A stretch of 64,000 nt of DNA from positions 17,856,001 to 17,920,000 of the forward strand of contig JAQFVV010000004.1 in assembly GCA_028023455.1 (NCBI GenBank). Reading direction: 5' to 3'. Each line of letters begins with the position of its first letter. The first letter of the stretch is position 1. The translations under genes were made by a program, and so were the position numbers. Positions 50,001-63,863 of the stretch are shown here, piece after piece. The notes below the pieces were generated by a model, which saw nothing but the letters and a program-made list of their open reading frames with translations, was not told the origin of the DNA and ran no database searches. Source of the DNA: Epiperipatus broadwayi. Lineage: Eukaryota > Animalia > Onychophora.

Positions 50001-53000
50001 TGAAGAACCTTACCATAAGAAAGCATAATTAAAAAAAAAAAAGTTATTATTATTATTATTTGAATCTAAAGTCAATATAACATGTATTGCAAATGTATAT
50101 TGAATATATTAAAATCAAATATAATGATCTAAAAGCATTGAACTCTGTATAATGAGAGAAAAACACGTATTCTTGACTTATTATTATGCCAACTTTGTTA
50201 ATCTGCCAAAACTAATGAGAAATCAAGAGGCCCAAATTTATATATGATAGAATTCCTTATATCTGGAACACTTTTTCAAGATTTTTTTTCTTAATTAAAA
50301 TATGTGTGCGCATGTGTGTAAATATTATAATTTTTAAACACTGCATATTTAATGATTAAAGCTTAATTAATGTAAAACTTTATATAAGTTTTTGAGTGAA
50401 ATATTTTTTCATTTCATAACATTTATTTGTAAAAATTAATATCAAAATTACAATATTTAATAATCTATAATTCTGCACAACAACTACTCAAAATTAAAAT
50501 GTATTTCATAACTGTTCACATTTTAATTTTCTCAAAATCTCTCCATCAGCTATTCACACACATACACACACACACAAAACCAATGAAAAAGAAGGCATCA
50601 CTCATCAAGATGATGATTGTTTTAATGATTTTCTATTCTTGTTGTATCCTCTATCTAAAAATGGCTATCTATTTACCAATTAATTTTGGATAGTTAGCTA
50701 GGTTGCCTTAAAAAATTCTAAGCCTTTGGAACTGAAAAATATGTCAAGTAGATCCAGATCTAAAAATTAAGTCACGATGATGGCAAATGAATGCACTACA
50801 ACTATACCATAAGCCTTTCAAATTACATATATATTCATTTCCAGTTGTAGCTCAGGTGTGGCACTGTGTTAGTGATTTCAATTTATAAAATTTAGGAGAA
50901 AATATACAACACAATAATAATTACAATATTAAAAATGGGATGATTGTGATGTCTATCATATCACAGAAAACCATTTCAATTTTTTAAAAAAAAAAAAAAA
51001 ATTGTATATACTTAATAAAAAATAAATAAATAACATCTACAAATATTTTTTTTACATTTTCAGAAAGACAGAAATTTCCTCTTTCCCATATTAAAAATTT
51101 CAAATGTTCAGAAAGATAAAATATATTTTTTTAAATGTCTGTACCACATATAATTAACATTAAACTTTTTCTCCCATTTTTATCTTAATAATTTAATTGG
51201 TAAATAAAAATAACTGCAACAATATATAATAACGTTATATAAAAAAATATAATGAAAAACCATTTTAATTTCATTCTTAATTTAAAAATAAAAAAAATCA
51301 TGTATAAATAGCAAAACAATAAATAATATCTATTATATATTATATTTTCAACATTAAAAGAATAAAGCGTTAAGTATGTACACTATTGTTAAAAGAACAA
51401 TACCAGGATTAATATAAAACAGGAAAGTAAGTAGGAAACAGGTTGATAATATTATATATAGTGATATAAAACAGGCATATATGAAGTGAAATAAAATTAG
51501 TTGTAAAAAAAAAAAAATTCTGTTTGATTTTTAAAATATATAACATCCTCTGCATTTTGGTGCAATGATGATGTGTCCGATTCTGGAGTTTAAAGATCTG
51601 AGATCATATTCATTTCTATCACATCTGGCATTTGAACTTATTAGAAACTCCCAAATAATAAAGCCATTCAATTATTTTTTTATTTTTCAATATATATATA
51701 ATTTTAAAATATATTTAATAATAGGAATCTATATAATTATAAAATATTGTTACCAGTGAACAAACATTTTATTTATTTGGTGATAAATAAATAAATAAAT
51801 AGTAAATAAACAACCTTAAATAGAAGTCAATGCATTGAATTTATATAAGTGTTTATGTATTTACACATACAGATCACATTTAAATAAATGAAATTTTAGT
51901 TATTCTATATTTGACATGAATATAAATTAAATATTTTGTTTACCTCATGAATTGATGTCGACTTACTCATGATGTATTGATGTATTTCTTCTTAAATTAT
52001 TAAAATTTAACTAGTATAACAGCAACAAATATTATATAAAATAATGGAAAAGAGTTTTCTTCACCCATGTACATTTAAATAAGATTAATGCTAACATTAG
52101 TAAAAAAAAAAAATCATTCAACAATTCTGAGTTCATAAGTAAAACATATCAAATCAGTATATAATAATACAAAAAGCAAACATCCATGAAGAGAGACTAT
52201 AATGAAAGTTTAATTTAATGTGTGTTATTATTATGCCAGTATTAAAAGTCATTGTCTTATAAATGTGGGGTTGAACATAACTAATTTAAACATTTCTATT
52301 CATTTACCAAAAGATACAGAAATATATAGTTAACATTAAAATTTTCTTTGATTAAATTCTTTTTTTAAATCCCAAAGCAAATCAAATAAAAAAAGTTGAG
52401 ACTTCAATATTCATATCAGATATATAAATAATAGCTTATTTTGTTTTAGTACAATAAAAGTCTCCATGGAGAATTTATTTTTCATCTCATGTTTGATACT
52501 TTATTAGTATTCTCTCGATCCATACTGTATATTTGGATGCTTTTTTAGGATTGATGTAATGGAGGAGTGGAGCTTGAGTATGAGTAAACATTTAATATCA
52601 TAGTATAAATGACTGCATATTAGAATAAGTAATCAGCAAGACTAAATGCACAGCTCTGAAAGGATGGAAGAGCCTGCATCCTGATAAATAAAAATCTACA
52701 GAGCTATGGTAATGCATTTTAATTCTATCATCTTATTTGTTGTTGTTATTAAATGTGTTACTTTAGAGATGATAGATTGTACTTCCTCAAAGATTCATTA
52801 CAGGAATGTGGAGTGAAATATTCATGGGTGTATTTATAAATGAATTTGTCCATGAAAAATTATTAGGCTAAAGATTCCAAGATAATCACATGTATAGCTG
52901 AAAATTCAGATAAGTTATCAGGTACCCTATATTTGGCCTTATCAAAAAAAGTATATAAGAACCAGATGCACAATTCCTGATTACATCATATGTTCATACT

Positions 53001-53199
53001 GTATCAAAGATATATTTTCCATTTTTTAACCAAAGGATTAATTCCTGATTTATTAGACTTATATTTGCTCAGTAACCAGATGCAATTTTTTGCTTTTCTG
53101 TGACATGGAAGTGTGATAGATTTGTATTTATTTGAACTTTAATCTTGGTGAATCTATGTTTCTGTGCCCAATCATTAGAATTTATTTAAGAATATATAC

Positions 53200-54900
53200 T
53201 AAAATAATGCATTAGAAACCCAAAAAGAACAAAAGATACTGTCAAAAAAATTGTCAATACCTTCACAAATAGCTTTAACAACGATGAATATGAAAAACAA
53301 TTTATTGGGTCAGTTAGAAAAATAAACTCTAAAAATAGAATTAGTAGATGTCAAATCCCTAAAAGAGAGAGGATGGTGAAAAAAATGTATATCCCAATAA
53401 TATGAGATAAAAGATTTTCCAAGAGATAAACATTGTTGCAGGAAGTAAATAATTTGATAATCATAAATTATGATTAAATTAGAATCTAACTGCTAGCAGT
53501 ATTAAAACAAATTAATATAATATGGGAGAGGTAAACTCATTTTAAAAAATATAAAGTTTTCAGAGGAAAGTATTATTGATACTGAAAAATAGGTCTCTTC
53601 CTTCTTCCTCAAGCTATTAAGTATTTTTAAAAAATGTTAAGATATGGAAGAAAAGAAAAGGAACACGAGCAATATAAAGCAATGATTATCCCATTAAGAA
53701 TGATAGCATTAACAACATAACAGATGAATAGTCATGAAGATGTTTAAACATTTTAGAAGCCAACCACTAACAGCTAGATGCCAAACAGATATCAACTAAA
53801 CCAAAATAGATAGTAGTCTTCAATAAATGGAAGATTAGAAGTTATACTGAACAAAAAAAGAGGTGGGCAAGAATGTAGAAATAAAATGAAAGTATAATTA
53901 AAACATATAGCTGAAATAATTGATAGAATTATTATAATAGATAGAAACTACAGAAAAGTTTAAAACCAAAATTGATAATGAGAATAAAAAGGGGGAGATA
54001 GTAAAAATAAATGAAGATGGTAATAATTTTATGGATTAAAATAAAATTGATGTTAGAAATGAAATTTGTTATGAAATTATTTTAGTGAGAAAAAGCATAG
54101 AATGGAAGTAATAGAAAAGAATAAAAAGGAGGAAAAATTGGAAATACAGATGCAAATAAAAAATGAAATGAATAATTGATATGCTAAACAAATTATCATA
54201 GAAAACCAGCAATAATTAAAATATACAATTATCAGCAAATAATCAAAGAGAACATTAAGAAGTGATAAAACAATCTGGAGAAATACACATAAGGAAAGAA
54301 GTTTAACAGAATGATCAGGATTTTAAAAAAAGATTAATCTAGAATTATTATTTTTTTAAAAAAAAATACTTTTAGAGATACAAAACAAATATAAATAAAA
54401 TAGATGATAGAAATTAGTTAAACAGCAAGGAATTAAAAAAGTTTGAATTTATTCAAAAGAAGTAAATAACAATAGAGGTTTATAAAAAAAAGTAAAGAAG
54501 CAGATATGAGTCTATAAGTATCTGAAGAAAATGAGATAGGGAATCATCAATTTATTAGTAGTAAAAAAAAAAAAATATTGAAATATATATAGTACAGAAT
54601 AGATGAAGGCAAAATACAAAAGAGAAATATTTGGCACATTGTGAATTGTAAGGTGCATATGTCAGGCTATCCAGAAATACAAAATTGTATTAACTTATTG
54701 GTACATCCTGAGCCTATCCAAAAAAAGTTTGCCTGTTCTGGGCCTGAAAAAATAAATCCTATTATAGATGAACAGGCAATGCTATTGTCAAAACAAAGGA
54801 TAATAATTAAACTGGATACTCCTCATATAAGCAGAAGCATCTAATCATAAATTGGAAAATATAATGCAGAAATAATTTTAATTGATAACTAATGATATTG
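53200..54900 (+). mobile_element. Possible very old LINE fossil
   Basis: Long strongly purine-rich plus strand with no recognisable motif. Compositional inference only. Confidence 0.3.
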
Positions 54901-57900
54901 AAATGATTATCTGTATAGCAATGTCATACTTAAAACTAATGATTATTGACAGTAATAGAATTTTGAGAAATTTCTAATAGATATTAAAATTTATTTTGAA
55001 TCATAAAAAACAAAATGAAAATATAATAATTAAAAATAAGAAATGCATAAAGTTGGAATAGGAAAAATTAATTAAAAAATAGATTAAAACGAAATATTAC
55101 ATTTAGTGTGTAGTAGAAAACTTTTTAAATAAATAAAAAATTGTTACTTTATTTTATTTGCAAATAAAGGGGGCCAAGAGTTAGCTCAAGACCCTATTTT
55201 ATTAAGTGAAAAAAAAAAAGAAAGAAAAAGTGAAAGACAATAAAATGAGTGGTGAGGCAGCACATTTTTTCTTTAAAATAGTCAATTCACAAAGTCCTAA
55301 CAATTTTCTTAATGTATTAGTCTACACTCTTTACTCTTAACTATTAAAAGAAACCCCATTAGTAAAAGAATAAAAATGCAAACATGAATATGGAATACTG
55401 CACAAATCAAATATTTGTTTTCTGATAATAATAACAATCATATAATAATAATAATTGATATCTCAAGTAAAAAAAATGACGTCTTGAGAGTCATGCTACA
55501 TTTTGTTTTTTAAAAAATATTAAAGTATAAAATATATTTTTTTATTTTCTAATATTAATTTATTCTTTAGATGGCAAATGCTGGTGGAAAAAAAAAATGG
55601 ATTTTGCAATCACCATTAGTTAATTTTTGTTTTTGTCACCTAATTATAGAACGTAATAATATTCTTATGATATCTTTCAAATAATAATGGCCAGATAAAA
55701 CTGTAAATAGAGTATTTTAGCATTATCTGAACTTCTGGGAAGAACAAGATATGTTTCACTAAGTATCCAAAAATGTAGTGTCTTTCTACTTATTTCTCTA
55801 TTTTTCTCTCTCCAATACAAATAATTAAAATTTTAAATATTTTTAAGACAGAAAAAAAAAAAATTCAACTTTTAAAAGCGGATGAAATATTAATAAAATA
55901 CCATTAAGACCATGATGAAAAAAGTATGTAAAAAAAGACACTTTGTTATAAAAAAAAAAAAAAAAAAACACCAAAAAATATTGCTAAATGGTAGCGAGAT
56001 TTTCTCTCTCTTTAATGTTTACACAAAATATTGCTAAAAATATAGGGTATTAAACTTTTATTATGATTCTACTGAAATTAATACATATATATATCTAAAA
56101 AAAAAAAAAAAGATTCAATTCTAACAATAAAATTTTCAAAGTCAAATTAAAAATGTTTTGAATTAACCAAAAATACATATTTATAATGATATAACTAAAC
56201 TTCAAGATAAATGATAATTTATAAGCATTTTTATTGATTGATTTTTTTGAGGAATTATAAACAACAATTGTATTAGACATACCAAAATACTAAAAATTAT
56301 ATATATATTTTAATAAATATCATAAAAATATTGTAATGGTCAACATATGCATGTTTAAATTATTTAATTTATTGTAATTGATTCAAATGCTACCTGACAT
56401 TAAACATCAGGAAATAGACTGACACATATTATATAAATATTTAAATATGGTTTGAAAATATTTTCCCAATAGGCAATAATGATAACCACTACACAGCCAC
56501 TATTTGCAATAGTGAAGCAGTCAATCTTAGCTTAAGATTGTGCTTCATGTTTCTACCTACTAACCCGTATTCAAACCCCTATATCCCATCCCGCTCCTTT
56601 TGTCGTATATATATTTTTTTATGTATATATTTGAAATGTGCGCCTAAATTTATCAATTTTAACTTTCAATAACATTTTATTATTAATTTTATGATTATTA
56701 ATTCTATTATTAATTATTAGTTCTTTTTATTAAGGTATTATAGGTGCGGCTCAAATATATATATAGGAGCAAAAACTTACTAACAAAATATTGATTTTAA
56801 ATATTTTATTATACGTCATTTTTAAACTTTTTCTTTTTAAAGTACTTTTTCTATTAAACTGTATATTTTTATAAAGTCCAATATGGAAGATGCTACAGTT
56901 GATTGTCTAAAAATAATTAAGTGTTGGAAACACTATTGTTCTAATCTGGGGAAGGTATTTTTAATTAAAGTTTTTACTTAAAATGGGATTAAGATTAGAG
57001 ATACTTTTGTTAAAAACATGTTGTCAAATCTATTTCTAATCTGGAAATAGATTTGAATTTATTTTGGACGTTATCTTACTGTTGCATCTTCAAAAACAAC
57101 CGATAAAGAAAAAGTATAAAATGGCTGAATTTTGAAATCACAGGGAGATTAGCCACTATTGAGAGAACTGATTGCTACTAGACACCACGCTGTTTTAAAA
57201 TCTAAAAATGATGTAGTAGTGAGTCCACCACCCTTCTCTGGCCCTGGTGGGTCATCATCTTTCGCGGCCATACCATCTAACTGCTGCCCTGAAAGAAAGT
57301 AAAAGCCTAAAGAAGGAACTCTGGAGTGCTAAATAGAAGCTTGCTGTCACTAAGAATTCAGTTAGATCCTCAATTTGCCATGCACGAGCCATACTTTGAA
57401 AATAGACTTGTTAAATTTGCGCAAGGTAACTCTTATGCTAATAAACTCTTATGCTACTATTTGAAAATGAATCTAGCCTAACTAATCTCAAATTCTGCTA
57501 TCAAGATTTCTAATGTATTGTTCAATTTTCTCTCTTTTTAAATAATATGTAATTTGCTTTTAAATAATTTATATAAATTTAATTCTCTCTCTTATGCTCT
57601 TAACTTTCTTTAACTTTGGTGCGGTCATTTATTTATATGTATTTATTATTTGATTTATATATCTGTTATTGATATGCCAATTTCAAACAATCTGACGAGT
57701 TGAATTTCTAAAAATCTTTTCTGTCATTTTAACTAAACCTTCATGAAAAGGTTATTAACGTCCCCTTTAAATATACATATATACTGCATTATAAATTAAT
57801 ACGTTCACCAGATTGTTTTATGAATCAACATTTTAGGTCCGTTTTTAATATAAAAATTGATTTGTTTAACTCTGGATTTTCTACCCGGGGAAAATCCAGA

Positions 57901-58396
57901 ACTCAAGCTAATTAACGCTCTGAAACATTTATTTTATAATTATTTATTAAATTCTGAAAGGGTGACTTATAATTTGTTTTCTATATAGCTGCTAATCTTA
58001 CTTCATTTTTCATACTCTTAAAATATCAAATATAGTATTTAAATATTCCAGTTATTATAAAAATCATGAAGGTGGGATTGATTTATTTAAAAACAGCAGA
58101 AAAGGGATGGGGATAAATCTTAATGTTTTTTTTTACTAAGTAAAATCTTCATGTATATTTTATTAATCTAAATATCTCTCTATATATATAACTGCATAGT
58201 GATATTATTTATATAAATTATAGCATTCAAATAAGGGTCATCTATTTTAAAGCAGTAAATTATATTTCATGCCATTTAGTGACATTTATTATTACTGCGT
58301 TGCTGACATTTTGGCCTTATCTTCGTGTTTATATATATATGTGCTTCTTAATCTGGGGGTTGCGACAAGTTCGAACCCATAGATTTATCTCTAAAA

Positions 58397-58584
58397 TGCC
58401 TCTGGCGGTGATTCCCTAAGTTTGGCACACGCTATGCATATTCATTTATTTCGTATAAAAAGGTCTCTGGCGGTGATCCCCTAAGTCTGGCACACGCTAT
58501 GCACATCCATTTCTTCGTATAAAAAGGCCTCTGGCAGTGATCCCTAAGTCTGGCACATGCTATGCCCATCTACTTCATCTTTCG
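58397..58584. repeat. Tandem repeat, 64-65 bp x3
   Basis: CTCTGGC starts at 58400, 58465 and 58529. Unit is CTCTGGCGGTGATCCCCTAAGTCTGGCACACGCTATGCA..TTCGTATAAAAAGG. Confidence 0.9.
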
Positions 58585-58589
58585 TCCGG

Positions 58590-59300
58590 AAGCACAATTT
58601 TTCCTGTTATTTCTTGGTTATAATGTCAGTACCACAAGCTTTTTCATATATTTATTTCTTTTGCTTCATGACCCAGTTTTAATGCTCTAATATTAAAATT
58701 GCGCTTTGCTTAAAATATCTATAAATGCCAACTACTTCTATTTTTAGTAATTAAATTTATTTCAGTCTTATAAAATCCCACCATTGTAACTTATTTCTGT
58801 ATTTAAGAGTATATGCCTTGGGAAAAATAAAGCGTTTGTCTTACTATTGTTAAAATAATTTTTCATTAAATATTTTGTCATAGAATTAAATGTAATTTTC
58901 AAATGTGTTTTATTCATTTTCATGACCGCAATGGCATGAAAATGATTTATATTATATCTGTAATGAATCTCAGAACGCTCCCGAAATAATGTTAGTCACC
59001 ATGTTTCAGAACCGTATATAAAAGCGTTGATAGCAATATTATGTAATCTTTTCTAATAATCGATTGGCATTTTAATATTGGACCCACCAAAGATGTGTGT
59101 TTATTCATAATATATCATTTAGCTAATAAAGAGCATATGAGAAATAATAGCGTGAATGACACTATGTAATCATCTACCGCTTGCTCATTCCCGCATATAC
59201 TCATGTACTTAATTTATAAATGTATAATTATTTGTCAGTATATTGAACTAATAATTTTATTGTCTAACATATTTGAGTAGTTCGAATTCCTTTTCCTCCA
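58590..59300 (-). pseudogene. RTE-clade LINE ORF2 3' fragment
   Basis: Minus strand AFIYGSETW (hallmark LxYGSETW), later KLQWWDFIRL (cf. RLxWxGHxxR) and a degenerate GR.MK(W)M. Confidence 0.55.
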
Positions 59301-60282
59301 CTGCTTACATATATTTTAGTTTAGTCATAGTTAATAGATGTCTCATTGTTTTGCTCAGCTTTGCTAGTCGGCCGGATTAAGATTAATTCTCATGTGCCAT
59401 CACTGTTATGTTATTCATTAGGTGTTAAATCTGGGGCTTAGAGAGTGGGTTCGAATTCAGGCTGGTCCCTGACCTAAATCTCGGGCTGGACTGGGTTTGA
59501 AGTACATTTTGTGAGTTCCAGCTCATGTTAGATGGATAAACATGTTTTGACCGGTACAATAGCTGGCTAGATCACGTAAAACATAAATTACTTTTGATGA
59601 AATAAACATGGAATAAATATACAGAATAGACAATATTACATATAAAGGAGTTAACATATTATTTAAACAAATAAAACAATAGTTTAATTACAAAGTATTA
59701 CAATTGTCAGACAAGATATAATATTCTTTTACCCTAAACATGCTTACATTATAGAATTTATAACATTTGAACAATAGTATTTATTTGATAAGCCATTTCT
59801 CCTCTATCATTTTTTTTTTACTTCACCTGCAGGGTGGAAAACAATGGTAGTTATTTATAAAGTTGGCAAAGTTTATTTTGATTAATTTTTAACATTAATG
59901 TTTCAATTAAATTTTATATTATTATCAAATTATATAATCAAGGACATATGCCATAGAGTAAATCTGTGGCCTTTAATATACTCTGGATATAATTCTATGT
60001 ATAGATGATCCTCACAAATACAATATATTTATTGATTTCATTAGCATTATAGTGTAGTCATATAAGTATATCTAATATGGGATAGTTATAACCAATATAC
60101 CTTTCTTGCAATAATAATTCTAGGGAGTGGGCACTTTAGGCCTGAATATCAATTTAATAACAACAATTTAATTACAGAGATTGTATTTCTATGTTGGACT
60201 ATTTCCATTATCTAATATGGAGTATTGAATGTCTTATTCCAAATACATTCAACTCTTAGTAATAGCACACAGTTAGTATATG

Positions 60283-60325
60283 CACAATGTTTCAAAAGGT
60301 ATTATTCTCCCCTCTTCTTCAGGTG
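60283..60325 (-). ncRNA. Minimal hammerhead-like motif (left arm)
   Basis: Minus strand CAC-CTGAAGA-AGAGGG GAGAATAATA CCTTTT-GAAAC-ATT-GTG. Confidence 0.55.
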
Positions 60326-60788
60326 TTACTGGCCTAACCAGTGACAGTACTAGCATGAAAATCAAAACTGGACCCTCAGATTCTTTGAGCATTGAATTTT
60401 AAAGTTAACACTCTAACCAACTGAGCCATCCTGTCAAAGGCAACAGTCAGTAGAAATTTCATATACTTATCTATGAGGTTCCTCCTGATTTCTCCACTTT
60501 TTTGCTAAGAGGAAAGTTGATTATTGTTTTCTATACATTATGTATAGTCATACTAGATTGACTTATGGGATTGTTTGCCATTGTCACGTGAACAGCTTCT
60601 TTAAATTTTCTTTTTCATAGCTTTAAGGAAGCTGCTCACATAACAATGGCAAACAATCCCATAAGTTAACACAGTGTGACTATACATAATGTATAGAAAC
60701 CACTAATCAACTTTGCTTTTAAAAAAATATTGAAAAATCAGAAGGAACATCATAAACAAATATATAAAATTTCTACTGACTTGCCTTT

Positions 60789-60865
60789 GGCAGCATGGCT
60801 CAGTTGGTTAGTGTTACCTTAAAATTTAATACTCAAAGAATCCAGGGGTCAAGGTTTGATTCCTA
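60789..60865 (+). promoter_or_regulatory. tRNA-like Pol III internal promoter (mirror copy 60360-60435, minus)
   Basis: A box TGGCTCAGTTGGTTAG and B box GGTTTGATTCC at tRNA-like spacing. Not an intact tRNA. Confidence 0.6.
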
Positions 60866-60895
60866 TGCTAGTACTGTCACTAGTCAGGCTAGCAG

Positions 60896-60939
60896 CACCT
60901 GAAGAAGAGGGAAGAATAATACCTTTTGAATTGTTGTGG
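60896..60939 (+). ncRNA. Minimal hammerhead-like motif (right arm, decayed)
   Basis: CAC-CTGAAGA-AGAGGG GAAGAATAATA CCTTTT-GAATT-GTT-GTG. With the left arm it implies ancestral GAAACGTTGTG. Confidence 0.5.
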
Positions 60940-62874
60940 ATATACTAACCTGTGTGCTATTACAAACAATTAAATGTATTTGGAATATTTAAATAAAGTT
61001 AAATTTTTCTAAAGACATTCAATACTCTTATTAGATGATGGAAATAGTCCAATATATAAATACAATTAAAATACCATCACCACAAACCTTCAGGAAAACA
61101 CTAATTACAGAGATGACTCTTTTGAATCTGATCCCTAATTTTAATAATACTACTTAATTAACTGAAATAATCTCCCAAAATTTACCGATCAAAATCATGA
61201 ATTAATCTACCATAGATATAGTATACTTTAACTATTCAACAGTGATCTAACAATTGCATTTATATTGCAAGTTCTACATACATAAAACTTATCTCACAAT
61301 AATAAAAGAAGAGCTAATTTATATACAAATGAACTCAATCAAATTTCAAAATAAACCTTTAACTTAAAATACTAATAATTATTTTACTTCATCTTTTTTT
61401 AATACTTGGACACTTTATATAATTTACAAGTGTGCACATTTGTGTTTAAGATAAGCATTATACTTTTGAATATTTATTTAATTGACAATTTTTACATGAT
61501 AAGAAAACTTTTTCTTATTAAAGGAGATAAACTTTTAATTAGCATGTACATACTAAAGAGAAAAAAAGTGAATTTCTATTTTAGCTGTTTTAAAATGCAG
61601 TTAGAGTATTTTAAAAGCTTAACAGCAAATGCTTTTGTTGTTTTTTTCCAAATAATTCACTTCTTCCTTTAATCATTCATAAAGTTTGTTACAATTAAAT
61701 ATTCACTAAAAGATCAGAAAATAAACTTAAAATGGATGCTACAGTCAAAACAATTTTTTTAAACTTAGACAGCAAAAGTTCTGAAGCGGAATTCTACAGT
61801 TCACTGTGAATGCGTTTTTTAGTCTAATTTTTCTCCTACAATGGTATATATTAATTGATTCAATTTATAAGTTGCCATGTCCTTTAACAATCTCTTATCT
61901 TTGAAATTAGAGATTGTCTTTGTTTCTTCATTTTGAATAGATTCCTTCAAAAATAGATTGGTCAGGTTCCACAGACCCACATTAGATTTCAGCAATTATT
62001 TCTCTTTTCTATTTGGTCATCCTAATGAGGATTTAATGTAGCTTGATAAAAATAAAAATCTAGACTGATTAATTTCAAAAAAATTTGACTAGATATAGGT
62101 TTGACCTTTTTTATTTTTAACATCTTTGATTTTGTTTTTCACAATTTTGATAATCTCTTATTTTCAACACTTTTAAGATCTCATTTAATTTTAATTATAT
62201 GAATTTTAAAAACATACTTATTATTTAATTAATTGAATTTCAAAATACTATAATTACTAAATTGCTTGAATTTATTCCTGAATTCAAGTCTCAAAATAGG
62301 CATAATCTTTTTTATTAACTTATTTTTAATTTAATTATTTAATATCTATTTCTTAAGTTCTTTTGCAATACATTTCATTCTTTTAATTAATCTTTAATAA
62401 GAAATACAATTTTAACATAATTTATATAATTTACTAGTTTCTCTTAAATTTAAACTTTCTTAACAAACTGATTATTTAATATTGGTTAAAATACGACATT
62501 TAGTAATTTATTATAACATTTAAACATTAACTATTATAATTATTTTTAATCCTTTATTTTAAGATATTAATTTTATTTTATATAATTTTTTTAAAAATGT
62601 TAGTACTGCTATATTTATTAACTATCCTCACAATTAAAAAGCAGTTTATTGTCATGTAAAAGCTTACATGGCTGACAGTGAAATGAATACATTACTCACT
62701 TCAATATATATAACAAAAATGGAAAATTATAATAAAATACTCCTACCAGGTAACTGGGAAGATTTTAAATTATTACGACTTATATTTAACTATCATTGCT
62801 TTATTTTTTATATATATTAATCTGAGGACAGAAATTTAACATTTATAATAATTGTGTATCTTCTTCATGTAGAA

Positions 62875-63370
62875 CAGGGGTGGGCAAATAGCGGCCTGAG
62901 GGCCACATGCGGCCCGCTAAGAGTTTTTATGTGGCCCTCCAAGACAATCAGAAAAATCCACCTTGGACTGAGATTTCCTTCCTGTTGCATGACCGAATAT
63001 TCATCTCATATTTTCCACTAGAATGGCCACATCAATATACACGCGCAGTGTAGATACAATGTGCAGTGCTTTTCCAGTTGATCTGATTAATTTCAATTTT
63101 GTCTTTGCATTAGCAAATATATATATTTCCAACTTTTGTGAAACCATGAATGCTCCAAAAAAATGTAAAATTGGTAATGAATGTCATGTGTTTAATGAAG
63201 AATGGACAAACAAATATTTCTTTGGTAATACAGGGAGTAAAGCAGTGTGTTTATTGTGTCATGAAAAATAGATGCGGCCCTCCGTTAACCTTCGCTTCCA
63301 CAAAGTGGCCCCCGATGCGGCCCTCCACCAACCTATGCGGCCCCTGAGCCAAAACAATTGCCCACCCCTG
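62875..63370 (+). mobile_element. Internally deleted hAT element (SPIN/GTF2IRD2-like)
   Basis: 13-bp perfect TIR CAGGGGTGGGCAA. Exact 8-bp TSD ATGTAGAA (62867-62874, 63371-63378). GCGGCCC subterminal repeats. Retains N-terminal coding KKCKIGNECHVFNEEWTNKYFF..KAVCLLCHEK. Confidence 0.92.
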
Positions 63371-63863
63371 ATGTAGAAGATTAACAATTTGGAAATTTAT
63401 TATAAATTAAATAAAAACATATACTACTTCAGATACTATGCGACCCTGAGAACAAGATTTTATAGTTATACAATAATGGCACAATTTCCTTAATAATTTT
63501 ATATTTAACATGAAAATCAATTATAATAAATAAAGTATATTCTGATGTTAATTCATTCATGTAATTATAGAGATGTCCTCTTAAGCCATTAGAATTTAAC
63601 CTGGCAACAATATATGAAATAAAGAATATTCTTTTCTTCAATAACATTTTTTTTCTTCTAAGAAAACACTAATAACAGTCTCATTATCAGAAGTAGAATT
63701 TCTAGCTGTTTTTGATGTTTTTAAGTCTATATCAGCTTTGGAATTTATATAGTCACTTCTAGCTATTAGCCATTTCAGAATCTGAATAAATTCTTTAACC
63801 ATAAAGCTTTTTGATGCAATAGTAAAAATGTTTTACAATTCTCATTTTAACTATTTTATTACT

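Larger units (their letters stand above)
60182..61101. mobile_element. Inverted dimer (~420-bp arms) of a tRNA-headed, HHR-bearing SINE-like unit
   Basis: 60182-60605 and 60622-61064 are reverse complements with a 16-nt spacer, and the right arm has a ~37-bp tail. Exact 13-bp TSD TAATTACAGAGAT (60169-60181, 61102-61114). Confidence 0.85.

Noticed and set aside
58397-58413. TGCCTCTGGCGGTGATT matches the phage lambda OR1 operator at 15/17 positions
   Set aside because: It is part of a 65-bp tandem unit with no other phage or vector sequence around it; best treated as coincidence.
58395-58585. CRISPR-like array
   Set aside because: The whole unit repeats with no unique spacers, no cas genes are present, and the context is eukaryotic.
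60789-60865. tRNA genes here and at 34220, 40985 and 60360
   Set aside because: Only A/B boxes remain; acceptor and anticodon stems are not intact. These are SINE heads.
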